A stretch of 57,535 nt of DNA from a virus (taxonomy: Duplodnaviria > Caudoviricetes): positions 1 to 57,535 of IMG/VR virus record IMGVR_UViG_3300027741_000074. One strand, 5' to 3'. The first letter of the stretch is position 1, and every line of letters starts with the position of its first letter. A program made the position numbers and the translations under genes. The notes under the pieces were generated by a model that saw nothing but the letters and a program-made list of their open reading frames with translations, was not told where the DNA came from and did no database searches. Below are positions 9,084-18,778 of the stretch, in pieces.

Positions 9084-11018
9084 TTATCGTGCAAACAAAC
9101 TAGCATCAATCACAGAAGCGGTTACTCTGTGCCAGCCCCATTTGTACGGTTCGGATTGGTACCGCAGTAAGTAGTATCCAGATCTAGGGATGTCTTGTGG
9201 GTAAGTGGCGGAGAGTGATTTAGGATTTACACTTGCAAATATATTTGATGGGGAGGACGCATTTGAATTTGCACTACCGCCAAATGGAAGTTGTACGGAA
9301 CAAGAAGCACTAGCTACTACGTACCTATCTGCTGCATCAGACAGATTTATAAGTGGGTGCAGTGTCGGGGGCACATTGGTTACGTTAATAGTAGTATCAA
9401 CAGCTACGCTAAAACCAGAGCCGCTAGTGCTATCTCTATGCTCCTGCTGATCGCTCTTAGCATAACTAAAAGATCCATTGCACTGTGCCGATACGTTTAC
9501 TCTTTTTGCGTTCGTTATGATTCTATGAGATTGAGGTTTAAATACAGGCCAACGCTTCATTCCTGAAGGAGAACTCCTATACGGAGACTTCTCCATTAGT
9601 TTACTAATAACAAGATCTGAGCTTACAAAAGAACCAGCAGTATACTGTCCCTCAACATACGCGTTTTCTGTCGGCTTCACATAGAAGACATGGATGTTAA
9701 TCGGACAGTCTTGACCCCACGGATACTCAATATCTAATAGTACTTCTGGCTCCTGTGAGGCAGAACCATTAGCTTCTCCCCTCTCAGAACCGCTTAGAGA
9801 TACATCGTTGCCTATCGCACTACCGTCCCAATTTGATTCGTATGTCCCTACAGCATTATCAGCAGACCAGATTACTTCGACGCTACGTAATACATTAGGT
9901 AGGTTAATGTCTACGGTAGAACTGTAGGTCATAAAGTAACCTGCCACTACCTCATAAGGTACTGTTTCAGTGACGCGTAAGAATCTATCTTTAGTTACAG
10001 GTGTAAACGAAGTGTCTTGCGCGTATAGATCAGCTTCTGAAGGCGGATCGACAAACTGCTGAATCTTCCTAACCTGTGCCTTGACGTTGTTATCCCAATC
10101 AGAGCCGACAAGTTCAGGCCACTCATTTACGGTAACGGTCTCACGAATGTAGCTGCCGTCGCCTAAGGGGGTCACTTGGGACTGTACCACAAGAAGACCC
10201 TCTTCTGCCGTTAGTTCAGATTGTGAATATGTCTCAGTCGTAGAGGCAACAGTCTGCTCGACGTAGGCACGCGTTCCAACAAGTGTTACGTCATCCTCTG
10301 AAGTGGAGCGAGAAACCGTACGTACCCGTTTGATGTCAGGATTGATCTGATCCTCGCTGATCGAAATCTGATCTCCTGTAGGGACTGGCAAAGATGCTTT
10401 GCCCTCTACGATCTCTTCTGTTACGACAGTAGGTAACGTAGCCCTGAATCTTTCTGGCGTGAGAATTGGCCTCTCAGCAGAGAAGGACAGCTTCTCGTCT
10501 AAGAAGGCACGCTCAATGTACGTCCGCACTTCAGCGACGTAAAGCGAATCAAGCTCTGCCTGATCCATCTTCTTCTGCTGCTTGTCGAAGAAGACGTACT
10601 CGATATTGTCAAACGTACCTTCAGGCACATTGGGCATTGGTGTGCCAAATTCAGGAAAAAGAGGATCAAATTCATCTCTAAGCGTGACGTACTCACGTAG
10701 CACGACACGAAACTCACGACCACCAACATTACCAATTACGTTACGGTAGCCTGAGGAAAAATTGTAGAGGTCTTGATTCTCACGATCAGCAGCGTAAAAG
10801 AACTGGAAAATCTGATTGCGTTCGATGTCAACGGGCTTGATGAAGATCAGCTTGTGGTACGGCCATTTATCTTTATTAGGATGCGGCGTGCCATATAAAG
10901 GAAAATCGTGCATGTTACCGTCACGGATTTCACTGAACAATACATCCGTAACAAGCGGCGTAGGAAATGTCCTACGGTCCTGCCTGTACGGTGCTTGAGG
11001 TAGTGCTGAGATTGGCAT
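9084..11018 (-). CDS. Putative tail structural protein
   Basis: 644 aa, beta/Ser-Thr rich, TAATG-coupled to the fibre gene. Confidence 0.55.
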   Translation of the reverse strand: MPISALPQAPYRQDRRTFPTPLVTDVLFSEIRDGNMHDFPLYGTPHPNKDKWPYHKLIFIKPVDIERNQIFQFFYAADRENQDLYNFSSGYRNVIGNVGGREFRVVLREYVTLRDEFDPLFPEFGTPMPNVPEGTFDNIEYVFFDKQQKKMDQAELDSLYVAEVRTYIERAFLDEKLSFSAERPILTPERFRATLPTVVTEEIVEGKASLPVPTGDQISISEDQINPDIKRVRTVSRSTSEDDVTLVGTRAYVEQTVASTTETYSQSELTAEEGLLVVQSQVTPLGDGSYIRETVTVNEWPELVGSDWDNNVKAQVRKIQQFVDPPSEADLYAQDTSFTPVTKDRFLRVTETVPYEVVAGYFMTYSSTVDINLPNVLRSVEVIWSADNAVGTYESNWDGSAIGNDVSLSGSERGEANGSASQEPEVLLDIEYPWGQDCPINIHVFYVKPTENAYVEGQYTAGSFVSSDLVISKLMEKSPYRSSPSGMKRWPVFKPQSHRIITNAKRVNVSAQCNGSFSYAKSDQQEHRDSTSGSGFSVAVDTTINVTNVPPTLHPLINLSDAADRYVVASASCSVQLPFGGSANSNASSPSNIFASVNPKSLSATYPQDIPRSGYYLLRYQSEPYKWGWHRVTASVIDASLFAR

Positions 11019-12145
11019 TAAAGAATAGCTAAGTAATTATAAGTTTTACCTGCTGAGATACTACCACTAGCAGTAACGGTAAAGCCACCGCTTGCTGCTA
11101 GAGGCATAAGTACGTGAGCTTCTACTCCTGTACTTCCGTACTGTTGTGTAAATACTTTAGAAGTAGCTGTCATTCCAGTTACAGGAACATTAACCTGAGT
11201 TGTTCCTGTTGAAGTCCATGAAAAAGTACCAGTAACAATACCTACTCCAGCCAACGGTAAGCCCGTACAATTAGTAAGCGTACCTGAAGCTGGAGTTCCT
11301 AATACTGGGGTTGTTAAAGTCGGGCTTGTTAAAGTTGGAGAAGTCGAAAGAACAACCCCACCACTACCAGTTGAAGCAGCGGTTACGCCAGTACCGCCGT
11401 TTACAACAGGCAGAGTACCACTAACGTGAGTAGCTAAACCAATCTTACCCCACAGGGGAGCTGATGCAATGCCGCCTGAAATCAACGCATTGCCTGTAGC
11501 TACGTCTGCGAGTTTACTTAATGCTGTTGAACTACTCGCGTATAGAATATCGCCAGTAGTGTATACTGTCTGACCTGTACCGCCTGTGGTTACACTTAAT
11601 GAGTTTTGTGTAGCTAAAGCACCTAAGCCCAAAGTCGAACGCATAGTAGAAGCGTCTCCGTCATCAAGTAAACTAAAAGCAAAGGTAGAGCAGTTAAGTG
11701 CTGATGGGCTTGCAGCACTACTTGTCGAGTTGCCTAAGATCGTACCGCCAGCAATTGTCTCAATCTTGGCGAGAGTGACGTTGTTATTTAGGATCTTTGT
11801 CGTCGTGACTGCGTCAACAGCGAGCTTCGCAGCGGTTACGCCTAAATCAGCGATCTTCGCAGTGGTCACGTTTAGGTCAGTAATCTTTGCAGTCGTGACC
11901 GCGCCAGCCGCGAGCTTATCCGTTGATACGTTGAGGTCGGCGATCTTTGCCGTCGTAACCGCACTAGCAGCGAGCTTCGCAGTGGTCACATTGAGATCTG
12001 TGATCTTAGCAGTCGTAGCTGCACCATCAGCAAGTTTAGCCGTAGTCACAGCGAGGTTGGCGATTTTGCCTGTAGTTACGGATAGGTCAGACGGAGTGCT
12101 AACGCCAACGTCGGAGATGATGAGGGTATACGTATCAGAAGGCAT
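11018..12145 (-). CDS. Tail fibre-like protein with 10-aa VTTAK(I/L)AD repeats
   Basis: About 10 tandem VTTAKIADLN/VTTAKLAAGA units plus the GGTG and LTTPVLGTPASGTLTNCTGLP fibre motifs. Confidence 0.75.
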   Translation of the reverse strand: MPSDTYTLIISDVGVSTPSDLSVTTGKIANLAVTTAKLADGAATTAKITDLNVTTAKLAASAVTTAKIADLNVSTDKLAAGAVTTAKITDLNVTTAKIADLGVTAAKLAVDAVTTTKILNNNVTLAKIETIAGGTILGNSTSSAASPSALNCSTFAFSLLDDGDASTMRSTLGLGALATQNSLSVTTGGTGQTVYTTGDILYASSSTALSKLADVATGNALISGGIASAPLWGKIGLATHVSGTLPVVNGGTGVTAASTGSGGVVLSTSPTLTSPTLTTPVLGTPASGTLTNCTGLPLAGVGIVTGTFSWTSTGTTQVNVPVTGMTATSKVFTQQYGSTGVEAHVLMPLAASGGFTVTASGSISAGKTYNYLAIL

Positions 12146-12150
12146 AATGG

Positions 12151-12513
12151 TTAAGCGTCGTTAGTAGTTTGTGCGCGTGCAGTGAGTGAGCCGTAAAGGA
12201 GTCTGGTACGTACTGTAGGCGAGCCACGATCCATGAAGAGATCCCATTCATAGATGCCGCTGCCAGCTTTAAGCGTTTTGGTTTGGGCTTTGGTAATCGT
12301 AATAAGTACTTGTCCGTTAGTTGCAGTACCTAAGATAGTGGGCGTAAGGTCAAGCACTTCCTTCTTTGTCAAGACTTCACGGACATCAGCATAGAACGTA
12401 GCATTAGATGGCGACCCCAAATCAACAGCAGCACCAGCCTGATTGTTGATCGTAAGCACGAAGCTGTAATCCGCTGCGCGGTCTAAGGTAATGTCGTAGT
12501 TGGCTGCAAGCAT
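12151..12513 (-). CDS. Beta-sandwich tail-fibre adaptor-like protein
   Basis: YDITLDRAADYSF...VDL...GQVLITIT..QT..L...YEWDL...LLYG pattern; paralogous to 14608-14946. Confidence 0.6.
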   Translation of the reverse strand: MLAANYDITLDRAADYSFVLTINNQAGAAVDLGSPSNATFYADVREVLTKKEVLDLTPTILGTATNGQVLITITKAQTKTLKAGSGIYEWDLFMDRGSPTVRTRLLYGSLTARAQTTNDA

Positions 12514-12525
12514 CAGGATAAAGGG

Positions 12526-12855
12526 TTAGGCCCAAAAGGTATTCGGTACGTCGGGATTGAATTCTGGACGTGGTACAGAGATCTCGCTACCTGCATCGTC
12601 GTGTACAACAAAGTCGCTTGCCCAATAGATGAACTGCTCGCCACCTTTAGGAATCGGAATTCCGACAAGATCGCGAAAGAGAACCCAATAGTTGCCGTCT
12701 TTATTATGCTCGCCGATCAAGCACAGTGCGTGGGTGTGGGATGCAAGAGACGAGACAACTACGCCAGACTTTTTGTCAAGCTGCGCGAATCCGTTAGCAA
12801 TTCCAAATTGCTCAGCAATTCCTTTGCTTGGGAATTTGAGAAGGTAGTCGATCAT
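12526..12855 (-). CDS. Hypothetical protein (possible tail assembly factor)
   Basis: 109 aa, ATGA overlap with the preceding tail gene; MIDYLLKF...P..FWA pattern. Confidence 0.5.
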   Translation of the reverse strand: MIDYLLKFPSKGIAEQFGIANGFAQLDKKSGVVVSSLASHTHALCLIGEHNKDGNYWVLFRDLVGIPIPKGGEQFIYWASDFVVHDDAGSEISVPRPEFNPDVPNTFWA

Positions 12856-14105
12856 GTGGTTAAGGTGATTAGTTTTGCATCAGTAACTGCTTTTTTGTAA
12901 ACTCTCACTGATTTAAGATACCCATTGATTGCATTTCCATTCCAAGACCTTCCGATATTCATTTTGCTTATCCCAACTGGCATTGCTCCTGACGTATCAA
13001 GAGTTCCATTTACTCCATTCATTGAAATTTGAAAAGAATTAAGCTTATTGGATGATGCCGCTTTGAAGAAAGTCCCTAAAGTGAGTGGCCTATTTGGTGA
13101 AGCAGAAGTTGTTCCACCAGATACAACATATCCTTGTACTGTATTAGGTGATGGGAATGCAGCTAAAGCAAGCTGATTACTACTAGATGCATTATCTAAT
13201 GAAATTATTGATGGGAAGGAAGAAGTGCTTCCAACTAATGCCTCTACAAATAGAGTTGCTTCAGATGAATTATAAAATGTTGAAACATCACTAATCGAGC
13301 AAACGTCAGCGGAGCGTGTCCGAGAAGCAGAAACAGTTGGAATGTAGCTAGTGGCAAATGCTCCAACTTCAAGTTGTGCAAGCTCAACTGTACCAGTTAC
13401 AGTTAAAATAAGACTGCCAGCAGAAGGTGTAAATGTTAGCTTGGTTCTTGTGGGAAAGTCTCCAGTTCCAGTAACCGTTGCTATAGTTGCTCCTGATAAA
13501 ATAATTGTACCTGTCCCGTAAAAACTTAGAGTGTGGGGAACCGCAGTGACAGTGCGTGTCTGAGTGGTTAAGGCATCACTTGGGAATAATAAATTTGTTC
13601 TCTGCTCCTCAATGAGTAGTCCTTTGCTAATAAGCGTTACTGGATCATAGTCAAATCGCGGTTCATTATTTGCCGCTTTTACAATGTCAAATGAGCTAGT
13701 TGCAGTTACAATAGGGCCAAACCATTGAGCCAAATGAGGGAAATATGTTGAGGTAGGGGCTGATGTAGCTACTACTGCACCTTCGGTGGATAACTGCCAA
13801 GCAGTTCCGGTGTAATAAAATCGTGTAGTTCCATTAGACCATTCCCACTTTCCATTTGTCACAGTTGCTCCCTGCGGGATGTCTACGTTATAGTCAATGT
13901 CTGTATAAGTAAAAATCGCATTTATAACAGATAAGCCAAAGTAAGTCGTACCTCCATTATCTCCGCTCGCACGAGTAAAAACAGGTGTCGGCCCCTTACG
14001 CGCAGTAAGAGTCTTGTCAGCAGCAAACTGGAGATCCAGCGATAATCCATCTGGATTAGATGGACCCTTAGCCTTAACCAGATTATTGCCTAAGCCTAAT
14101 TGCAT
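12852..14105 (-). CDS. Tail/head fibre protein with lectin (LamG)-like C-terminus
   Basis: FTRAS...PRFDYDPVT..SKGLLIEEQRTNLL...AQLEVGAFATSYIPT...TRSAD signature of a common phage fibre/spike family. Confidence 0.7.
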   Translation of the reverse strand: MQLGLGNNLVKAKGPSNPDGLSLDLQFAADKTLTARKGPTPVFTRASGDNGGTTYFGLSVINAIFTYTDIDYNVDIPQGATVTNGKWEWSNGTTRFYYTGTAWQLSTEGAVVATSAPTSTYFPHLAQWFGPIVTATSSFDIVKAANNEPRFDYDPVTLISKGLLIEEQRTNLLFPSDALTTQTRTVTAVPHTLSFYGTGTIILSGATIATVTGTGDFPTRTKLTFTPSAGSLILTVTGTVELAQLEVGAFATSYIPTVSASRTRSADVCSISDVSTFYNSSEATLFVEALVGSTSSFPSIISLDNASSSNQLALAAFPSPNTVQGYVVSGGTTSASPNRPLTLGTFFKAASSNKLNSFQISMNGVNGTLDTSGAMPVGISKMNIGRSWNGNAINGYLKSVRVYKKAVTDAKLITLTT

Positions 14106-14366
14106 TTAGAGTGCTTTGTAAGCGATTGCTGTGCCGCTTGCAAGAACGGCAGAAGTAAACGGGGTAAAAATGGTGAAGCCAGCAGGATACGTAATTCCCG
14201 TTACGGCTACGCTGCTTGCGCTATTGAGGGGGGCAGCGATACTTGTAAGCGTAGAATCAGTTACAAAGCTAATGGCGCAGTAGTCATCCGTAGTGAATGT
14301 GGCTGAACCAGTACGCATTTCAAATCCAGCTTCGCCGAAGCTTTGTTTGTCGATATTGTTTGTCAT
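14106..14366 (-). CDS. Small structural protein
   Basis: 86 aa, ending TYPAGFTIFTPFTSAVLASGTAIAY, a pattern seen in small virion proteins. Confidence 0.55.
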   Translation of the reverse strand: MTNNIDKQSFGEAGFEMRTGSATFTTDDYCAISFVTDSTLTSIAAPLNSASSVAVTGITYPAGFTIFTPFTSAVLASGTAIAYKAL

Positions 14367-14384
14367 AGAGGTATAGAGTTGGGA

Positions 14385-14606
14385 TTAAAGTTTGATTCGA
14401 AGTTCGCCTGTAGCGGTCTTGTAAATTGTTCCAGATGTAAGATTAGCTGCTACGGCAGCGGCTTCATTAGCGTACGTTGAGAGTGAAGTAGTAGTCTGCG
14501 AAGTAATCGTATTTGGGCCTGACGGACCAGCAGGACCATTCAAGGACAGCGTTAGTGACTGTGAGTCTACAGTACGAATGAAATTATTGTTCTTTGTACT
14601 AGCCAT
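14385..14606 (-). CDS. Small fibre-motif protein
   Basis: 73 aa with GPAGPSGP and YANEAAAVAANLTSGTIYKTATGELRI. Confidence 0.5.
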   Translation of the reverse strand: MASTKNNNFIRTVDSQSLTLSLNGPAGPSGPNTITSQTTTSLSTYANEAAAVAANLTSGTIYKTATGELRIKL

Positions 14607-14607
14607 A

Positions 14608-14946
14608 TTAAGTTAGATTAGTGATGTTTGCATAAGCATCGGCATTACCGACAAGTAGTTTATGGGACAAATTATTGGTGTCAAACCAGAATAAGTCCCA
14701 CAAATAACGCTTGTTCGTGTCTAGGGTTAGTGTCTGTGCCCTAGTTAGGGATAGCTTTATTGTCCCATTGCCTAACGACGTAATGGTAAAGGCGGCAGCT
14801 AAAGGCTTACGGTCGGCTTCACGAATCTCAGCCTTGCCATAAGGCGCGGTTAAACCGACAGGCTCATCCAATGAGTCAAGAATCCGAATTGAGAAGTTGA
14901 AGTCTTCACCTTTTGGGATTATAATATCGTAAACGGCGGTAGGCAT
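14608..14946 (-). CDS. Beta-sandwich tail-fibre adaptor-like protein
   Basis: YDIIIPKGEDFNF...GTIKLSLTRAQT..L...YLWDL; start moved to ATG 14946 because the TTG at 14985 is part of a -35 box. Confidence 0.6.
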   Translation of the reverse strand: MPTAVYDIIIPKGEDFNFSIRILDSLDEPVGLTAPYGKAEIREADRKPLAAAFTITSLGNGTIKLSLTRAQTLTLDTNKRYLWDLFWFDTNNLSHKLLVGNADAYANITNLT

Positions 14947-14956
14947 TACGTCGGAT

Positions 14957-14985
14957 AAGGTACGGCAAGCCGCACAAAATGTCAA
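14957..14985 (-). promoter_or_regulatory. sigma70-like promoter TTGACA-N17-TACCTT
   Basis: Consensus -35, 17-nt spacer, ATG 10 nt after the -10 box. Confidence 0.65.
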
Positions 14986-14986
14986 G

Positions 14987-15574
14987 CTATTGTATAGCTT
15001 TTAACGCATTACTCGCCAACCAGTTTAAGATTCCATCGGCGTACGCCCTAGCAAGTTCTCCCCTATGCCCAAAAAAGAACTCGTTCTCTTTGGCGTTGCT
15101 ACCAAAGAAAGGCTCGCAGATTACAGCAGGGCAGTGGGTCTTACTTAAAAAAAGACCGCCACGATCATCCGCATTGATCTGTTTCAAGCCCCTGTTCTTC
15201 TGTTGTGGAAACGCTTTGGCAAAGCTTTGGGTTAGCTCATCGGCAAGCTTTAGTCCCTTGGGGCTACTGAACCAGTGCAAGAACTCATAGCCATTGGCTT
15301 TGCCGTCGTCGGAGCAATTGAAGTGTAGCTCTACGGCTACGTCTGCTTTGATCTCCTGCAAGTGACGCGCTAGCCAGTTCATAGCAGTGCCGTAGCCTGA
15401 TCCATTGTACAGGCTTATCACCACTGCATCGTGACCTGTTTGCTGGATTAGTTCGCAAACGCGTTTAGCGAGCGGTTGATTGAACGACCACTCTGTTACG
15501 TTATCCACATTTACTGCACCTTTGTCGCCTGCACGGCTATGGCCTACGCATACTGCTACAAGTTTTTTGTTCAT
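14987..15574 (-). CDS. Endolysin, N-acetylmuramoyl-L-alanine amidase (Amidase_3)
   Basis: Zn-ligand and catalytic motifs VGHS, VTEWSFN, VELHFN and ICEPFF. Confidence 0.9.
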   Translation of the reverse strand: MNKKLVAVCVGHSRAGDKGAVNVDNVTEWSFNQPLAKRVCELIQQTGHDAVVISLYNGSGYGTAMNWLARHLQEIKADVAVELHFNCSDDGKANGYEFLHWFSSPKGLKLADELTQSFAKAFPQQKNRGLKQINADDRGGLFLSKTHCPAVICEPFFGSNAKENEFFFGHRGELARAYADGILNWLASNALKAIQ

Positions 15575-15714
15575 TTTGGCTGGTTCAACAAGCTCATCTC
15601 CAATAGAAAAGAGCCGATCCCATTCAGTTTAGAACGGAACCAGCTTTGTTTCGCGCTACCTAAGCAGCCATTTGGCATACTCAAAGCGCGTAAGAGCACT
15701 TGCTGTGAGCGCAT
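15571..15714 (-). CDS. Possible 47-aa ORF between the holin-like gene and the endolysin
   Basis: TAATG and ATGA overlaps at both ends, but the translation is unremarkable and it may be a decayed gene. Confidence 0.3.
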   Translation of the reverse strand: MRSQQVLLRALSMPNGCLGSAKQSWFRSKLNGIGSFLLEMSLLNQPK

Positions 15715-15866
15715 TACTTCGCGTCAGCAGCTTTGATAAGTCCAACGCCAACAGTAACGCTAGTGATGAGCGTCCCAATATCAAACGTACCTGTCTTCAG
15801 GAAAGAGATAGCGGTGAAACTGACGCTAGAAACAATAGTGAGGATTCCAATGATAGTAGTCTTCAT
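15714..15866 (-). CDS. Holin-like membrane peptide (50 aa, two hydrophobic helices)
   Basis: MKTTIIGILTIVSSVSFTAISFLKTGTFDIGTLITSVTVGVGLIKAADAK, upstream of the amidase. Hand-translated. Confidence 0.65.
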   Translation of the reverse strand: MKTTIIGILTIVSSVSFTAISFLKTGTFDIGTLITSVTVGVGLIKAADAK

Positions 15867-15872
15867 CTGGAA

Positions 15873-15901
15873 AGAGTACTATTTACTGACCAGCTAGTCA
15901 A
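15873..15901 (-). promoter_or_regulatory. sigma70-like promoter TTGACT-N17-TACTCT
   Basis: ATG 15866 is 6 nt after the -10 box. Confidence 0.6.
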
Positions 15902-15908
15902 GCAAAAA

Positions 15909-16271
15909 TCACTTACGCTTCATCGACCGCTCAATGGCAATAACAAATGAATTACCCTTATGTTTAGAGTCACCCATATCACCCATATCCTCCATATCTT
16001 CCATACCACCCATTTTGCCGCTTCCACCACAAGCACTACAACATTCTCCTTCACCTTCGTGTCCTTCAGATTCAGAAGCCTCGTAGGCTGGACCTTCTTG
16101 GGCTTCATGCTCAGGATCTTCACCAGCATCCTTCTCCAGCATAACTGGTTTGCCACCTAATTGTAATGGCAATAGACTATTACCAATAGAAATAAATGTT
16201 CCTTCTAACTTAAATGGTTTGACATTTGCGTCAGACGGAAGTTGAATACCTTCAGGAATTGGAATATACAT
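15909..16271 (-). CDS. Hypothetical acidic protein, paralogue of 16442-16696
   Basis: MYIPIPEGIQLP N-terminus and NSFVIAIERSMK C-terminus match the neighbouring paralogue; internal CCSACGGSG and MEDMEDMGDMGD. Confidence 0.65.
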   Translation of the reverse strand: MYIPIPEGIQLPSDANVKPFKLEGTFISIGNSLLPLQLGGKPVMLEKDAGEDPEHEAQEGPAYEASESEGHEGEGECCSACGGSGKMGGMEDMEDMGDMGDSKHKGNSFVIAIERSMKRK

Positions 16272-16275
16272 AGAA

Positions 16276-16440
16276 TTAGAGCTTACGGATCACGTTATAG
16301 AGGGAGATCAAACCAATGATCAAGCCCAATACCAAAGAGGCAGTACGAAGATGAGCGTCAAGCTGCTCTTGAAATGAGACTACTACCCCTAAAGCAGGGG
16401 CAGCAGACCCAGTTACTGAGTTGAAGCAACGCTCAAACAT
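16276..16440 (-). CDS. Small membrane protein, holin-like (54 aa)
   Basis: MFERCFNSVTGSAAPALGVVVSFQEQLDAHLRTASLVLGLIIGLISLYNVIRKL; fills the gap between neighbours almost exactly. Hand-translated. Confidence 0.55.
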   Translation of the reverse strand: MFERCFNSVTGSAAPALGVVVSFQEQLDAHLRTASLVLGLIIGLISLYNVIRKL

Positions 16441-16441
16441 C

Positions 16442-16696
16442 TTACTTCATTGGCTTTTTCATTGCCATCTCAACGGCGGAAGCAAAAGAATTTGGTCCTT
16501 CAGGCATCTCTTTGCCAGTTGCCATTTCCTTTCGTTCAACGGCTTTCTCTTCAGGTGCTTCGACATCTGGAAAGGGGATACCATCTACAGCAATAGGGTA
16601 GAGTTGACCTTCGTCAATCGTGTACGTTGTCATAAGGTCAAAGGTCTCGCCTTTCGGCACTTGGAGACCTTCAGGAATAGGTAGATAGGCAGGCAT
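16442..16696 (-). CDS. Hypothetical acidic protein, paralogue of 15909-16271
   Basis: MPAYLPIPEGLQVP...NSFASAVEMAMKK. Confidence 0.65.
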   Translation of the reverse strand: MPAYLPIPEGLQVPKGETFDLMTTYTIDEGQLYPIAVDGIPFPDVEAPEEKAVERKEMATGKEMPEGPNSFASAVEMAMKKPMK

Positions 16697-16717
16697 AATT
16701 TAGAAAGGGGTTCCTAC

Positions 16718-16775
16718 ATCCTGTTTCAAGATGCCTGCTGTAAAGATACATAAGGCAAGAGTCTTGAAACAGGAT
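16718..16775. other. Long intergenic stem-loop
   Basis: 14-bp arms ATCCTGTTTCAAGA / TCTTGAAACAGGAT plus an inner TGCCT/AGGCA pair. Confidence 0.65.
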
Positions 16776-16789
16776 ACAGGGTTTAGGGT

Positions 16790-17227
16790 TTAGTGAGTAC
16801 GGTACCAGTTGGTTCCGTCGCTAAGATAGCGTGCAGTAGTCGCAATAGCAATAACGCTAGTAGCAGATGGCGTGGCCGATGCTGAGGTGTATATGTTGGC
16901 CGAAGGGCTAGTCACAGTAACTGCGCCTGAAGAAGTATTAGCATTCTGAATGATAATGTCACGAAGAACGCCACTAGCCGCAGGAATAGTTGCAGCAGTT
17001 GCAGCAGTACGACCCGAAAAGATAACAAGTCGTGTTGCAACTACAGCACCATCGCCAGCACCAAGAACAACATCGTTAGCACTAACGCCATTGATCTGGT
17101 TCAAAGAAACTTTACGTACTTTAGACGAGCCAGTGCCCGTCAAGTCGTAGATTGGAAGCAAGTCATCGCCAGTTGGCACAGCGATTTGAGCGAGTGTTGG
17201 AAGATCGTCGAGGCTTGGAGGACACAT
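16790..17227 (-). CDS. Putative capsid decoration / minor virion protein
   Basis: Directly follows the major capsid gene; Ala/Thr rich, ending YLSDGTNWY. Confidence 0.5.
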   Translation of the reverse strand: MCPPSLDDLPTLAQIAVPTGDDLLPIYDLTGTGSSKVRKVSLNQINGVSANDVVLGAGDGAVVATRLVIFSGRTAATAATIPAASGVLRDIIIQNANTSSGAVTVTSPSANIYTSASATPSATSVIAIATTARYLSDGTNWYRTH

Positions 17228-17252
17228 AAGTTTTAAGTAGGTAAAAGATGAA

Positions 17253-17287
17253 GCTAAGGGGTATCCTTTTTAGGGATACCCCTTAGC
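17253..17287 (-). terminator. Probable intrinsic terminator after the major capsid gene
   Basis: 14-bp stem GCTAAGGGGTATCC/GGATACCCCTTAGC, followed on the - strand by TTCATCTTTT. Confidence 0.7.
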
Positions 17288-17296
17288 GTTTAGGGT

Positions 17297-18583
17297 TTAG
17301 GCAGCAGGAGTGGTGCTGGTGCGCTTGAAGAGGATCACGTAACCGAATTCGGTTTTGATCGGCTTCGTTGCGCTAGCAAGAACGCCACGGAAGAATCCAA
17401 TTGTGCCATCAGGATTGAGGTCAACTGAAGGAATGTTCTTCCAGTTGAACTTACCACGATAGTTGACGGGATCGAAGGTCAGACCGTTAGAGCCAGAGAT
17501 AGGCTCAGGGATCTGGCTCTCCATAACGTCCATGTGGAGCACGTAGGCTGCTTCATAGCCAGCAGTTTCATACGAGGTATTGAGGGTGATAACACCACTC
17601 GTTGCAGTATAAGGCTGGACACGAGTAAGGGTTCCAGAACCAGAGTCCGTCGAGTGCGTGAAGCGAGGAGCAAGGTCATCAATCAAGTGATAGAAACCAC
17701 GGAAAGACTTCTCGATACCCAACGGTGCGATCAGATCGCTGACCTTAGAATTGTTGTAGCGAACGTCGTCGCGGAAACCAGCTTCAGTTTGCAACGCGTA
17801 GGAAAGTTCCGACGAGCAGACAAGGGCAAAGACAGGACGAGCATTCTCACGACCGTAAGCGTTCGTTCCAGCACCTGCACGAACCAACTTGAAGTAGATC
17901 GAATCGAGGATCTTGTTCGATCCATTAGCTGTAGGAGCAACAACAGTAGAACCACCAGTAGCCGTTCCTTCGTAGGAAGTAGAGGTAGTAGACGAAGTAG
18001 CAAGACAGACAACAAGGTTACCAGAAACCTTGTCATATTGATCGCGATAACGCTCTTCCCACGAATACTTCGTAGAATCCGTCATGGCATCCATGATGGC
18101 GCGAAGTTGTTCGGTACGGTAAGCAGCAAAGCGGAGGTCTTCCACGTTGATCTTAGGGGATTCAACGGTAGCGCGTTCCAGTGAGTACTGTTTGAGTTGG
18201 CGACCGAAAGCAACGAAGCTCTTGCCCGTACCAGCACCGATATTGGTATCTTGCGCTCCAGTCAGAATCTGATCGAGAGTGCTTGAGGTAGTAATCGAAG
18301 CAGCAGAATCACCGCCGATACCAGTCCAGACTGAACTGCCAGCAAGCGTAGAGCCGTTAGCGGTAGTAGTGGGGAGGGCGCGGTCGTAAATCAGCGTGCC
18401 AAGGGTGTAGCCCATTCCATCAGGGAATGAGGTCTGCTTGATGAGATCCATCCACGGAGACGTGTGGAGGGTACGACGATAGATGTCTTGACCGATACGG
18501 TTAGCCTCTTGAGTGAGGATCGTGTCGATTGCGGTAGTCGAATTAGTAGGATTCGAGAAAGTTTGTCCAGCGTTTACAGCCAT
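17297..18583 (-). CDS. Major capsid protein
   Basis: 428 aa following portal and scaffold, with a strong downstream hairpin; motifs SPWMDLIKQTSFPDGMG and NPDGTIGFFRGVL. Confidence 0.75.
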   Translation of the reverse strand: MAVNAGQTFSNPTNSTTAIDTILTQEANRIGQDIYRRTLHTSPWMDLIKQTSFPDGMGYTLGTLIYDRALPTTTANGSTLAGSSVWTGIGGDSAASITTSSTLDQILTGAQDTNIGAGTGKSFVAFGRQLKQYSLERATVESPKINVEDLRFAAYRTEQLRAIMDAMTDSTKYSWEERYRDQYDKVSGNLVVCLATSSTTSTSYEGTATGGSTVVAPTANGSNKILDSIYFKLVRAGAGTNAYGRENARPVFALVCSSELSYALQTEAGFRDDVRYNNSKVSDLIAPLGIEKSFRGFYHLIDDLAPRFTHSTDSGSGTLTRVQPYTATSGVITLNTSYETAGYEAAYVLHMDVMESQIPEPISGSNGLTFDPVNYRGKFNWKNIPSVDLNPDGTIGFFRGVLASATKPIKTEFGYVILFKRTSTTPAA

Positions 18584-18778
18584 AAGAGTAGTTAGTTAAG
18601 AAGTTAAAAGGTTGTTGAAAGTTAAAGAAGAATACACGGTTGTCGCAGAAGCAGGCGACAGGCGCATAGGCCCAAGCTTCAAGTAACCCTTACATCCACT
18701 CTACTACTAGAACCAAGTTTTCCCTTTCGGGACGGCATGGAGCGAGCCGATAGCTTCGTAAAATTTCAGGTCGAGAGA

